Below, in pieces: positions 1 to 12,100 of a DNA stretch of 64,000 bases. The notes beneath the pieces were generated by a model. The model made no database searches and was not told the DNA's origin. It saw only the letters and a program-made list of their open reading frames with translations. Positions within the stretch are counted from its first letter, which is position 1; each line of letters begins with the position of its first letter. Source of the DNA: Podarcis tiliguerta (taxonomy: Eukaryota); assembly GCA_965153285.1 (NCBI GenBank), contig OZ229126.1; one strand, given 5' to 3'. The translations under genes were made by a program, and so were the position numbers.

Positions 1-780
1 ACCCAAGTCTGTCTCTTACGGCGGGGGGGGGGGCTGGAAAGGCACCCGCTCTCCTCTACATGGCGAGGCCCAGGTGAAGAGGAGAGGGGCGCGCTTGGCC
101 CCTCCCGCGAAGGGGGCGTGCGTAGCTTCGCGGGATGTGTGGCGGGGGGGGGGGGGAGAGAAGGACCGCTGGTAGCGGATCGGGGCCACCTCGGAGTTGG
201 GGGTCCCATTTCTGTAGTCCTGGGGTGCCTTTTGGGGAGAGTCGCAGGGGGGCGGAAAGCGAAGAGGCCTGGCTGGAGGGGTGGGGCGGGCGGGCGGACG
301 CTGCATCTGGGCGTGGCGGGGAGGGTTGCAGGAGGCGGCTCCGGTTTCAGGCTTTTTGTCTGGAGTCTGCAAAAAAGGGGGGAAGCCCCCTTTCCTCCAG
401 CCCGGCCTCGGTTCGCGTTGCTGCACCCCCGCCCTCCGCCCCGCGCGCGCTCCCACCATCTGTGGCCCGGCCCAGCCCGGCGCGCTCCGCTTCGGAAAGG
501 CCCGTTAACTATTTAGGAATGGGAGGAGGGGCGGCCTGGCGCTTGTCTTCCGCTGAGCCATTTCTTGTCGATGCCTTTTGACTCGCCGGTCGAGCGAGCT
601 CCTGACGCGCCGCACGCACATTTTCCAAGCTCAAACAATTGTTTGTCTTCTCCTTTTCTCCCCACCCGCCGCATCAAATTTGAATTACTTGAATTACATT
701 GAGGGGGGAAAGTTGCCCAAGAAGTGGAAGTGGGATGTGGTTGAGCCATTATCTGCGCTCTCGTAGAACACTAGCCGCAG
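1..780. promoter_or_regulatory. CpG island (3' part) in FLNA intron 2
   Basis: Very GC- and CpG-rich with GGGGCGG/CCCCGCCC boxes and G-runs; CpG density drops sharply after ~780. Confidence 0.85.
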
Positions 781-3637
781 CCCTTTGAACCCACAACCGA
801 CACCTTAGGCAAGGAGAAGCCTTTGTCCTTCTGCTCTGATTTTGGGGTAAATCTTGGGTCAGTGCAGAGTCTGGGGAAAGATTCTGCCTTAAGGAAAGGT
901 GTCAGGAAGTTGATGGACTCTTGAGCTCTTCCAGCCACAGTAATGCACAGTACATACCATCCAACATTTCTCCTACAGAAATAGGGACATCCTAAGGAAA
1001 AGTGGGACATTCTGGGGTCAAATCAGAAACTGGGGCGAGATGGGGACACTTGGAGGGTCTGATAGTAGTCTGGGATATTGCTACAGTGGCACATGCTGGG
1101 GATGAACAGTAACACAGAAAGAAGTTATGGCTTCAGACGGGGCCCTTAGCTAGGCTAGACTTTTAAGTACCCAGTTTGTGGGAGAGCCTCCTTATCTCTC
1201 CATAGATCTGCAGCTGCTCATACATAAACTATAACTAATGAACTGACTGGGTTTGTATGGAATGCTAATCCATAGTTAAGGTGAGTAAACCAACAGCCAG
1301 CAACAAACCATGGCTTATTTTTGCTAACAAAATCATAGCTAACTGTAGTTAAGGTGCTGGGCTGGGTTTGTATGCAACACCAAACCTTAACTAATTTAAA
1401 CCATGGTTTAACACTGTATGTAAACCAGACCATGGTATCTCCCATTGGGATTATGTGTACTGAGCAAAGATTGCGTTCAGTTCACTGATCCTTGTATTCC
1501 CCTTGCTTTGCCATGGACCCCTAGCTCCTGAAGCAAAAGTTCAAGTGCCTCCTGTTTTGGCAGAAATACAAGAAAGCAAATGACTGTTAATTGCCCTTTG
1601 CCTTATAATAGGAGCAGCCTTTTCTTGGAAATGGGTGGTGACTCTCAGCTGCTTCCATGCTTGGGCAGCTTGAATTGGCTTGGATGCTTGGCATTTATGG
1701 TCCCAGCAAAGGGAGCCTTTTGGATAGCTTACCAGCCATCTAGGTTTGGACTGACTGGTGGTGGCTCCGCTGGTAAAAACTCCATGCAGTAAAAGCTGTG
1801 GATGTGTGTGTCTCTGAACAATGTAACATTGGCCTTGAGCAGCCTGGCTCTTGCATTGCCTGGTAGAGGAAGTAACTGATTCTAGTTTAGGTCTGACTCA
1901 TTAATGTGGGAATCCTGGATGTCTCATTAGAAAAACCAATGGCTTATGCATACCTTGCTTTTGCAGGGAGCTTCTGGTGGCCTCTCATTCAGATTTATCA
2001 TGCCTGCTCAGCCTCAGCACTGCTGAAACATCTGCTATTCCCAGACAATTCACTGGGCCCAGACATCCCCACTGTTGATTCAGGGTCATGAGCATCCATA
2101 GCCTGTTCTGGGGTTGGGGTTTGCCCATAGCCCTTTGTTGAGGAAGTCAACTAGACCAAACTTGGGTGGAAAAGAGTGACATGACTAAATACTTTTATAA
2201 TTTAAAAAAAACCCACAGTCGTCTCCTACTGCTATCCCTTGGCTCTTGGAATGGCTAGTGTCAATCCATGTTGCCAATATAAGCAGAATGTATTTTCTGT
2301 ACTGATGCCCCGGTCTCATTCCTGCTCTTTTCCACACTTATCAGTTTGTAAAGACCTGGTGTCAGCTGGGATGTGTTGACATCCCAACACATGTATCTCC
2401 TTGTATTCACTAAAATTGGGCCTGTGACGCTGCAAGCTAAATACAACCCAGCAGGGTCTTCATAAACCTCCTGTTTTAGCTATGTTTGGCCCAGGGTTGC
2501 AAAAATGTGGCAGCGTGTGGAATGCCTGGCAGGCCTTAGTACTGGTGGGCTATGATTAGGTGGATCCTACACAAAAGGTGTAGACCTGTGTTACCTTATG
2601 TTGGACCTGGTGTGGTTCCTTGTCCACTTGACCAGGAACTCCATATCCTCGGGTAAAGTTGGGGTAACACACCTTGTATTACAGAGACAGCTTTCAAAGG
2701 CCTAGTTACTTTGAGTACCTTAAAGTCTTAAGTGGTTGTGCTGGTGGCTAACCAGAGGTATGAAACCCCCTATTATCCTGAAGTTGCAGGGGTTTTTTAT
2801 TATTTTAAAAAGTTCCCTATTGCCTATTTCTGGCAGCTGCCCATGTGGACTTAGAGGACTGTTACGTTGCTGCAGGGACCCCTCTGTTGATGAAACCCTC
2901 TTGGTGTATCTGTATGGATGTGCTCTACATTGTTGTGAGCTGGTAATGATAGGAAAATCTGGATTAGATTGACCGCTGTGGTAAACTTGCTAGATATTCA
3001 GCAATGTGGTGTTTGTGTGTAACACTTGTAAAGCCGTACTGCATGGGAAGATAAGGCCCACCGAAGGGATACTGGCTTTCATTCCATCTCCCTGTAAGTG
3101 AGGCTCTAAACGGGCCCCATGTTGTTGGACTCCAACTTGCATCTGCTCTACGCAGTGTGGTCAAGAAGGGTGGGAGTTGTGGTCCAGCAAGAGCTGGACA
3201 GAGGGTTCTACCCCCTGCTCTGTTTGACTCCCCCTGGAACCTGCAGAAGATCGTGAGGACAGTGGGAGATGAGAATCCTGCATTGCCCGTCAGTGCAGTG
3301 AGTCAGTCCCTGGGCCACAGACTCTGACTCAGACAAGGTCTGGCAGCAGTTGCTGAGAAGTGGAAGGGCGTGCGCACACCATAACCATGCCTGTAGGCTA
3401 GAGATGGGTAGCCCTGTGCCTGGGTGTTCCTGTCTGTTCCTCCTCCTCCTCCTTGGGTTGGGGTGAGGAGAAGGATGGGCTGGGCGGGTCTTTTGCTCCT
3501 CTTCACAGAGAGGCAGGATGTAGGGAAGGCGGGCAGAGAGGGAGGGACCAGGCCAAACATGTGGAGGGGGCGTTCTTTTCCCTCCCCCTGGAAGGAGAAT
3601 CCTGTTGGGACAGAGGAGCTGCTGCCTGCCGGCCACT

Positions 3638-3647
3638 CCATATAAGG
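3638..3647 (+). promoter_or_regulatory. Consensus CArG box (SRF site) CCATATAAGG
   Basis: Perfect CC(A/T)6GG in a GC-rich, repeat-free intronic segment that also has two AP-1 heptamers (3299-3305, 3325-3331). Confidence 0.6.
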
Positions 3648-4557
3648 CTAAAAAATGCTGGAGCGGTCTGCTCTGTGGCTGGGTGGGCGGTGCAGAGCCG
3701 GGTGGGGAGGTGGCTGGGATGTGATGGCTTGCCTTCTCCCTGTTCCTCCCCCCCCCCCAACACCACCCAGGGAAAAAAAGTGGCAGGGAAAGCATGGCGT
3801 ATTTAACCCTGCCAGAGGGATGCATCTGCTCTGGCACTCCAACAACAAAAGCTTAAGCGCATGAGAGCTAATGGGAAGGGGCTCCCCTCCCAGCTGCTCT
3901 AGCCTTGACTGGGACTCTGCTCCCGGGGAGGGAGGGGGCATGTGGCCTAATGTGGGTGAATCTCGGTGGCCTCTGGGTCTTAGATTCCCTTTGGCCCTCC
4001 TGTCCTCTTTGATAATGCTTGTTCTGCAGTTTACAGCTTATTCAGCTCGACAGTGTTGAATGCTTCTCTCCAGCTTTGAGACTGGCCCTGACGCCTGCCC
4101 TTTTGAATGCTCCCAGCTGCTATGGGGCTCAGTGGACATGGAGGGCAAAAGTAAAAGTGTGTGCGATGGGGAGGGAAGAATGCAGATGGAAGCTCGGGAA
4201 ATGCCTTTTTTCAGGATGGTACTCACTCCATGTTGCCTGTAACCAGATCCTTCAATCTGCTGCAGAGGAGGGAGAATAGCAGCTCCCTCTTAATACTGTG
4301 GAGGGTTGTGTCATGTTAACTGCTTGGAGGCCACAGACTGCTTGGGTAGGAAAAGGACTGAAGCCTGTTGGGTCCAGTGTGTATATTGTGTGGCAGTAGC
4401 ACATGTGTGGATGCTAGGAAGCAGTAGTTCAAGGGACGGAGATCCTTTTTCACCGCGAGGGCCACATTCCCATCTAGCCAAACTATGGGAGCCTCATGGA
4501 ACTGGTGGGTGGGGCCAGAGCAGCAAATGTAAAATTTAGCTTTGTATACTAGGCTAG

Positions 4558-4792
4558 TAGTCATACCTCAGGTTGAAGTAGCTTTGGGATGAATATTTTC
4601 AGGTTGCGCTCCGCAGCGACCCGGAAATAACGGAGCGCGTTACTTCCAGGTTTTGTTGCTCACACATGCTCAATGACTTCACGCACATGCACGGAAGCGG
4701 CAACCCGCGCACGCGCAGTTGCGTCTTACGTTTACCTCAGGATGCAAATGGGGCTCAGGAACAGATCCCGTTTGTATCCAGAGGTACCACTG
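4558..4792. mobile_element. Tc1/mariner-type non-autonomous element (degenerate left end)
   Basis: Right end GAGGTACCACTG followed by TA; left tagtcatacctcagg resembles cagtggtacctcagg; CpG-rich interior. Confidence 0.7.
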
Positions 4793-5199
4793 TATCTACA
4801 AACACGCGCTCTTCTCTATCCAGTACCTGTTGAGTTTCAGTGGCAGACAGAGGCGCTTTGAGGGTTACATTTGGCTCTTGAGCCTGAGATTCTGCACCCT
4901 GTTTTAGCAAAAAGCAGTTCCATAGCACATGCAACAAAACACATATGCATGGTCCTGTCACTGGGGGGGGGGGGTCCTTAGCCACAAGCTTTATATAACC
5001 TGCTTTGTGGAGCACATTCCCTGTAAACATGTAAGTATATTCTTCCAGAAGGTGCCAGGTACTTAATTCTTCCTTCATGGACCATAAAACAGAGTTGCTT
5101 GTTTTCCATACTAAAAAGACAACTGACCTGTCTAAATTATGCAAGTTAAACCATTTTTCATAATTCTGCTTCCCCCTACTGTTATGGGGTAGAGGAGCA

Positions 5200-5473
5200 T
5201 GTAGACTCCTTCACTGGAGGTCTTTAAGCATAAAATAAATAATTTTATTATTTATACCCCGCCTATCTGGCTGGGTTGCCCCAGCCACGCTGGGTGGCTT
5301 CCAACACATATGAAAACACAGTGAAACATCAAACACTGGAAACTTCCTGATACAGGGCTGCCTTCAGCTTGGTGGAGGCTGTCAGGGATGCTATAGTTGA
5401 GATTCCTGCATTGCGAGGGGTCAGGCTAGATGACCCTTGGGCTACCTTCCAGTTCTGCTGTTCTGTGATTCTA
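5200..5473. mobile_element. CR1-type LINE 3' fragment (+) interrupted by an L2-like 3' fragment (-, ~5231-5367)
   Basis: attcctgcattgc...tagatgaccc...ccttcca...ttctgtgattcta tail. The insert starts ttattatttataccccgcc, the reverse complement of an L2-type end. Confidence 0.6.
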
Positions 5474-5678
5474 TATAAATGTAAAGGGCACTGAAAACCT
5501 GACCTCAAACCACTGGAAGGTTTCTTCAGTAATTTTTATGACTTCTGTTGCATGCACACCCACCCCACATGCACTTGCAAGAAGCCTTTTCCTACTTCCG
5601 TGAAAACCACCTTCTTGTGTTTGTGCAGCTGCAGGAATTATTTATTACATTTGTATGTAATGGGAAAATCGCAGAGTA

Positions 5679-5882
5679 CAGTGGTACCTCAGGTTACAGA
5701 CTCCGCTAACCCAGAAGTAGTACCTCAGGTTAAGAACTTTGCTTCAGGGTGAGAACAGAAATTGCGCTGCGGCGGCGCGGCGGGAGGTCCCATTAGCTAA
5801 AGTGGTACCTCAGGTTAAGAACAGTTTCAGGTTAAGAACGGACCACCAGAACGAATTAAGTTCTTAACCCAAGATACCACTG
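5679..5882. mobile_element. Tc1/mariner-type MITE with TA target-site duplication
   Basis: TA|CAGTGGTA ... TACCACTG|TA; internal repeats of caggttaagaac. Confidence 0.85.
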
Positions 5883-7584
5883 TAGTTCACCACATAAAGC
5901 ACTTAGGATGTGCTTGGCTTGGTGACTTCTTGGACATGGTGTTCCACTTCCATGTTGGGAGTCAAATGGTTGGCTTGGGGAACCACCCTGCCCCTCAGAT
6001 TTCCCACCTTACATCTAGGTTCTGTGCTTCTGAGACTAGACCATCGCTTTGAATTCATTCTAGGTTCTCTTCTGTTGCCTTGATCTTCATCAGTCTCTTT
6101 CACTTTGTATCTGGAGGTTGATTCTTCCTGCATACCTTGTGCTCCGGATCCCATAGGATCTGTACACTGGCTTTAAAAAATAGAATAAAAGAATGCACAA
6201 CATCAAAAGCATTTAAAGCAGAAGAATGCATAATAAATAGCATAGTCAAGCAGTACAATGCTGACCTTGAGAATAGCCAGGTCTTCACTGCCTGCTGAAA
6301 AAAAGGCAAACCGTTACTAGGCCAGGTGGGTCTCCCTTGGGAGTAAATCCCATAATGGTGGTGCCACAACCAAAGGCAAGGGAATACAGAGCAGGGCCTT
6401 GGGCTGCTCCTTGGAGCCTGTGGGAGTTCAGCTTTATCCAGCTTGCCTGCCCCTTGGGGTTTAGAGGAAGGTTGCTTACGACTTGTCTGAACCTGAGCTG
6501 AGGGAGAATAGTTGGGCCCCTTTCAGCTGCTGTGTCTAGTCTCTGGAGAGGTTAATCTTGGCAGGAGGCCAGTGCATTGAAGGAATTCTTTGTTTCCCTG
6601 AATCTGGTGTGTTTACATCAATCTGCTGCTGCGCAATCCTGGCCAGGCCTCTTTCTACTGCTGCTGCTGCGGCTGCTGCTTCCTCTTCTGTTGCCTCTAA
6701 CCATATACAAAGGGTGGGATTCCTTCATACAGTTTCACCAAGCGGCTCTTGGCTAGTGTCTCCTCCACATGTACACTTCCCATCCCTATCTTCCTTTGCT
6801 CCAAATTCCCTCCATGACATCTTCTGACTCACGCAGTCAGCGCAGCAGAACACCTGAATTAAGGGCTGCCTGAGTGATGCTTTTGCTTCGCAACATTTCC
6901 ACTTTTTCTTGCTTCAGGACCTCAAGGTAACAAAAATCTATGTTTGGTAACAGCCCACATACTGTGGGATTCATAGCAGTATGTTGCAAACAAAAATTGT
7001 AGGAGAATCTACATAAGAGGTACATATATGGGCATAGAAATAAATAAAGTGGGGCCAACAAAGGGCATGGGGCAGAAGAACATAGCTCTCCCCCCACCCC
7101 CAGGCTTCATTGGCTGTGTTTCTTTATGGCCTTGTAGCAAAATTGGGCTTAACGGGGGGGGAGCATTTTACACTTGCATGTTTAGTACTGGATTTTTTCA
7201 GCACTTGTTGACTTGCTCCTGAATAGACTCACTGGGAATAATTTTGTGTTTTGGTATTCCTTTACTTAAATTTGTGGCAAAAATGCTGTAGCCGTTAAAA
7301 TGAACTGAACTGCAAGCAGATAATGTTATTAAAACAAAACAAATTAAAAGGCCTGTGCAAATAAAATGATGTTTACCTAGTCCCTGAAACTCAATTAAGG
7401 GTTGGCACCAGATACGTTGAGCTGCTGAGGGCATTCTAGAGTTTGGGCAACACCTCTTGAAGGATCCCTGGATACAGTCAACTTTACCTCAGGAGGAGGG
7501 CAAGGGAGAGAATGACTCTTATGACCTGTTTCAAGTATTTCCAATATTCTAAGGGAAAAGGCTGTTGGGTACAGGAGCAAACAC

Positions 7585-7835
7585 TTTTATACCACTTTAA
7601 CAGTCATGGTGCCCCCCAAAGAATATTGGGAATTGTAGTTTTAGGCTGCTAAGATCATTATTCCCCTCACAGACCTACTGTTTACCAGTCAATCCCTCTT
7701 CCCAAATAACTTTGGGAGTTGTAGTTCTGTGAGGGAAATGAGGTCACGCAACAGCATCCTTAACAAACTTCATTTCCTAGGATTCTTAGGGGGACGTACC
7801 ATGACTGTTGAAAGTGATACAACTTTATATAGTGT
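7585..7835. mobile_element. Degenerate palindromic MITE
   Basis: Inverted arms cactttaacagtcatggt...gaatattgggaa / ttcctaggattct...accatgactgttgaaagtg. Confidence 0.55.
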
Positions 7836-8109
7836 ATAACGCCGGTGGCTCCTTACTTCCAAGTAAGTGTACCTGAGTCTGATTCACAGCTACAGTAATA
7901 CTTCATCTCACTGTCATGTTGCCAAAGGAGGGGGGGCGGCATTGTTGTCACCACACTTTGCAAGGAAAAGGAGAAAATGAAGCAAAGCTATAGCCACTGA
8001 GCTCAATACAATCCTGTCAGCTTCTGGTGCTTTCAGATTTATCAGGTTTTAAACTAGTTTGCATAAAGTTTGACTGCCATCCTGAGTGGCTGGAGAACTG
8101 TATTCACAT

Positions 8110-8280
8110 CAGATTGAAATCTCTACTCAGTCATGAAAGCTTACTGGGTGATCTTGAGACCATCATTCCCTCACAGCCAAAACTACCTCACAGGGTTGTT
8201 GTAATGAAACTTGAGGGAGTATGGACCATGTATGCCACCCAAAATTCCCTGGATGAAGCAGGGGATAAAAATAATAAATG
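8110..8280 (+). mobile_element. Old MIR-like/CORE SINE remnant
   Basis: ctgggtgatcttg...ctacctcacagggttgttgt core-like motif and an AAT-rich tail. Confidence 0.5.
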
Positions 8281-8879
8281 GAACCCGCAGCAAGAACAAT
8301 ACGTCGTATCAATTGCAACTTGTTTATTTTCTGTTGTCACTGTTATTTTAAGATAAGGTTAGGAAGTGTAGCTGTGGAAGAGACACTACCAAAGAGACTT
8401 GAGACTGGATAAAGGAAAGGTATTCTTTGTACATGGTTGGTGGCAGTGATGGCGTCTAAAGTGGCAGGGAGTCGCCAATGAGTGAAAAAGGTATGGTAGT
8501 AACCAGCACACACAGGCCACTTTTAAAATCATTTTTAAGTTTCTTCAAACATGTTACCTGCAGTCAAATTATGGCCATTCTTCATCAAAATCCCTCCCAC
8601 CAACTTCTTCAGGCCCCTAAGGACAGAATCTCTTGCTAGAAGCTTGTTCTGTAGGTCTCGGATCTATTGAGGAGGTGAGAAAAGGTGGGAGTGGACTTGG
8701 TGGAAACTGCCTGCAGGCTTCCTCTTGGGTTTCCTTAGGTGTAGACTGGCCTTCCTCCTACTAAAGGAGAGAAATACAAGGGGAGAGGCCTAGGATGTTG
8801 CTGAGTGGGACTCGTCTTCCCTGAAAGTCCAGGTCACTGTCCACTTTTGCAAATGCTGAACTGTGCTTCTGACTCTCAG

Positions 8880-9128
8880 ACAGCAAAGCTATCGTGGATG
8901 GGAATCTGAAGCTGATCCTGGGCCTGATCTGGACGCTCATCCTGCACTACTCTATCTCCATGCCCATGTGGGATGAGGAAGATGACGAAGAGGCCAAGAA
9001 ACAAACCCCCAAGCAGCGACTGCTGGGCTGGATCCAAAACAAACTGCCTCAATTGCCCATCACCAACTTCAGCAAGGACTGGCAGAGCGGCCGGGCACTA
9101 GGCGCTCTTGTTGACAGCTGTGCCCCAG
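8880..9128 (+). CDS. FLNA: FLNA exon 3 (249 nt, end of CH1/start of CH2)
   Basis: ctcag|ACAGCAAAG ... CCAG|gtaagt; [11 protein letters not shown]...DSCAP. Confidence 0.96.
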
Positions 9129-12100
9129 GTAAGTGAAGGAGCAGCACTGTACATGTGGGGGTGAGAGGGTGAGCTTGAGAGGTTTGCAAGGAGGGCTCTT
9201 CTGACTTGCTCACATGGGTGCTGGAGGGCCAGCACTACTTCCTGTGTTAGTTGAGCCGTAGATCAGGAGTAGCCAATTAGGCTCCTTCCAGATGTTTCTG
9301 AACTACAACTCTTGTCATCCTTGACCACGGCCATGCTGGCTGGGGCTGATGGGAGTTGGAGCACATCATCATCTGGAGGGCACCAGCATTGGCTGTCCTT
9401 GTCATTGATGCCAACTCCATCTTGGCCCTGGGTCTAATATTCCGCTGAGGGTTTGGGATGCCTGTGTTGGAGTGGCCTGTGCTGGATGCCTGCTCCTTTG
9501 GCTTTATTTCTACCTTATGTTGTGGACGGATGCTACAGTGCCCCAGAGCACTGTTCCAGAGATCTGTATGGAGGAAGTGTTACTACTGTGTGTGACTGAC
9601 AGAGAGCTGGGACTGTCTCTCAAACAGGTCTGTGCCCTGACTGGGATTCGTGGGATGCTAGCAAACCTGTCAACAATGCCCGGGAGGCCATGCAGCAAGC
9701 GGATGACTGGCTGGGCATCCCACAGGTAAGCAGCACAGATACTTGGTCTGTGCTATACAGAACTTTGTGTTAAGCTGAACTCTGCTATGAGTAGGTGTAT
9801 TGGCAAAAGGGCTTACTGCTTCCAGTTTGGGCCAGGGGCAAGTGAGCAATGTAGAGTCCGAATGTGTGTTATCCCTTGACACCGCCCCCCCCCCCCCAGG
9901 ATGCTGCTTAGATTTCCCAGAAATGCTTAAAATAGTAACATTCTAGGGCCCCCTCTGCAGCCTTCAGGGCTAGAAGTCTGCTTTTTGAAAACCAAGCACT
10001 GGGTTTCTTGGGAGGCTGCATCCTGTGCCTGCTCTGTACTTGACTCCTGGCATGTGAGAGGTAAACGTGCCTCTTCTTTGCTGTCTCCAGCTATTTGCCT
10101 TCTTTCCTCTGTAGGTGATCACTCCTGAAGAGATTGTGGACCCCAATGTTGATGAGCACTCGGTCATGACATACCTCTCCCAGTTCCCCAAAGCTAAGCT
10201 AAAGCCAGGAGCCCCCCTTAGGCCCAAACTGAACCCCAAGAAAGCCAGAGCTTATGGCCCAGGTGAGTCCAGGAACAGGTGGCAAAGGTTTGGGATTACA
10301 TGTGTGCAGGGGAGGGTCTGGAGGACTTCTTAAACAATTGGGAGATTGACCACAGTGGGGGCAGGTGGGTGTTGACAAGGGATCTTTCCTAGGATGGCGT
10401 TCTTCAACCTTGGGTCCCCAGATGTGGTTGGACTGCAGCTTCCATAATCCTGCTATTTTAGCCAATGGGATGATGGGAGTAGTAGCCCAAAAATCTCTGG
10501 GGACCCAGGGTGTCATGAATAGAATAGCTGCCTCATAGGGCTCGACTTACAGGTGTTTGTACGTGGGTGGCGCTGTGGGTTAAACCACAGAGCCTAGGAC
10601 TTGCCGATCAGAAGGTCGGCAGTTCGAATCCCTGCGATGGGGTGAGCTCCCGTTGCTTGGTCCCAGCTCCTGCCAACCTAGCAGTTCGAAAGCACGTCAA
10701 AGTACAAACAGATAAATAGGTACCACTCCGGCAGGAAGGTAAACGGCGTTTCCGTGTGCTGTTCTGGTTTGCCAGAAGCAGCTTAGTCATGCTGGCCACA
10801 TGACCCAGAAGCTGTACGCAGGCTCCCTCGGCCAGTAAAGCGAGATGAGCGCCGCAGCCCCAGAGTCAGCCACGACTGGACCTAATGGTCAGGGGTCCCT
10901 TTACCTTTATGCTTTTTTAACCTCTTTCTTGCAACACCCTGTGATTGCCTTGTGATGGTTTGCTCTGTACCATCTCTGTGGCTCTCCCATCAGCTCCAGC
11001 TAGCATGTGTGGGCTTTCCTGAGGTCATCCAGGCTGTACAGTGGAGGTGATGCTAGAACCACTGCTGTAGAAATTGATGGCATCACGGGCCAGAGGGTGG
11101 TTACTACTGTGTCTGATCATTTCACAGGAATTGAGCCCACAGGCAACATGGTGAAGAAGAAGGCAGAGTTCACCGTTGAAACGATCAGTGCTGGCCAGGG
11201 AGAAGTGCTAGTCTATGTGGAGGACCCTGCTGGACATCGGGAAGAAGTGAGTCCCCCTGGCAGTGTGTCCTTAGCGGTCTGGATGGCCAGGCTTTGAGGC
11301 GGAAGAGTTATGGGGGGTGTTTTGGTTGGGTGGTACAATGGCAACCACTACTGAACTTCCTCTGTCTGTCCTCAAGGCGAAGGTCATTGCCAACAATGAC
11401 AAGAACCGGACCTTCTCTGTGTGGTATGTGCCAAAGGTGACAGGAATCCACAAGGTAAGAGTCTGTATATCGTGTAGGTGATTGGGAGAAAATTCTGGAA
11501 CTGGGCCTTCATCTCAGTGATCAACATTTGACGACCTTCACTTTTTGCTCCAGGTGACAGTACTGTTTGCTGGGCAGCACATTGCCAAGAGCCCCTTTGA
11601 GGTGAATGTGGACAAATCGCACGGGGATGCCAGCAAGGTCACTGCCCAGGGCCCTGGCCTGGAGCCTGTGGGCAACATTGCCAACAAGACCACCTACTTT
11701 GAGATCTTCACTGCTGGTCAGTGGATGGGGGCGGGGTGCTGGTTCTGAGAGGGTGGAAGGGTGTTGGCCAGCCGAAGCCTGGACGCAGCTTGAAAGCAAA
11801 TGACATAGTTGGGTGGTTTCTTAGAAACTTGTTATAAATAGTTTAGCCACCATTCCCCAACCTGGTGCATTCCAGGACTACAGCTCCCATCAGCCCCAGC
11901 ATTCTTGGCCCCAATGGTCAGAGGATGGGAACTGCAGTCCAGTAACACTGGGGGAGGGAGGACTGTGTTGGGGACACCTGAATTGTTGGCAATGAATAAA
12001 CTGTTGTTGGAGAACTTTTCTCACTATGAACTGAGTAATTGTGTTGGAGGCTTCAATTTCTTGCCAAAGTGGAACCTTTCTAGCTCTCCTGCTTTCGGAG

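Noticed and set aside
16-581. Overlapping 130-150 aa ORFs on both strands
   Set aside because: By-product of stop-codon scarcity in a CpG island; low-complexity G/P/R/A translations with no recognisable family.
1601-1612. CCTTATAATAGG as a CArG box
   Set aside because: Eight A/T bases between CC and GG rather than six.
3208-3837. 209-aa minus-strand ORF
   Set aside because: Lies in a GC-rich regulatory-looking segment and has no protein-like features.
10608-10799. Similar ORFs at 10608-10799 and 23289-23543 suggesting a small gene family
   Set aside because: Both are antisense translations of Sauria SINE copies.
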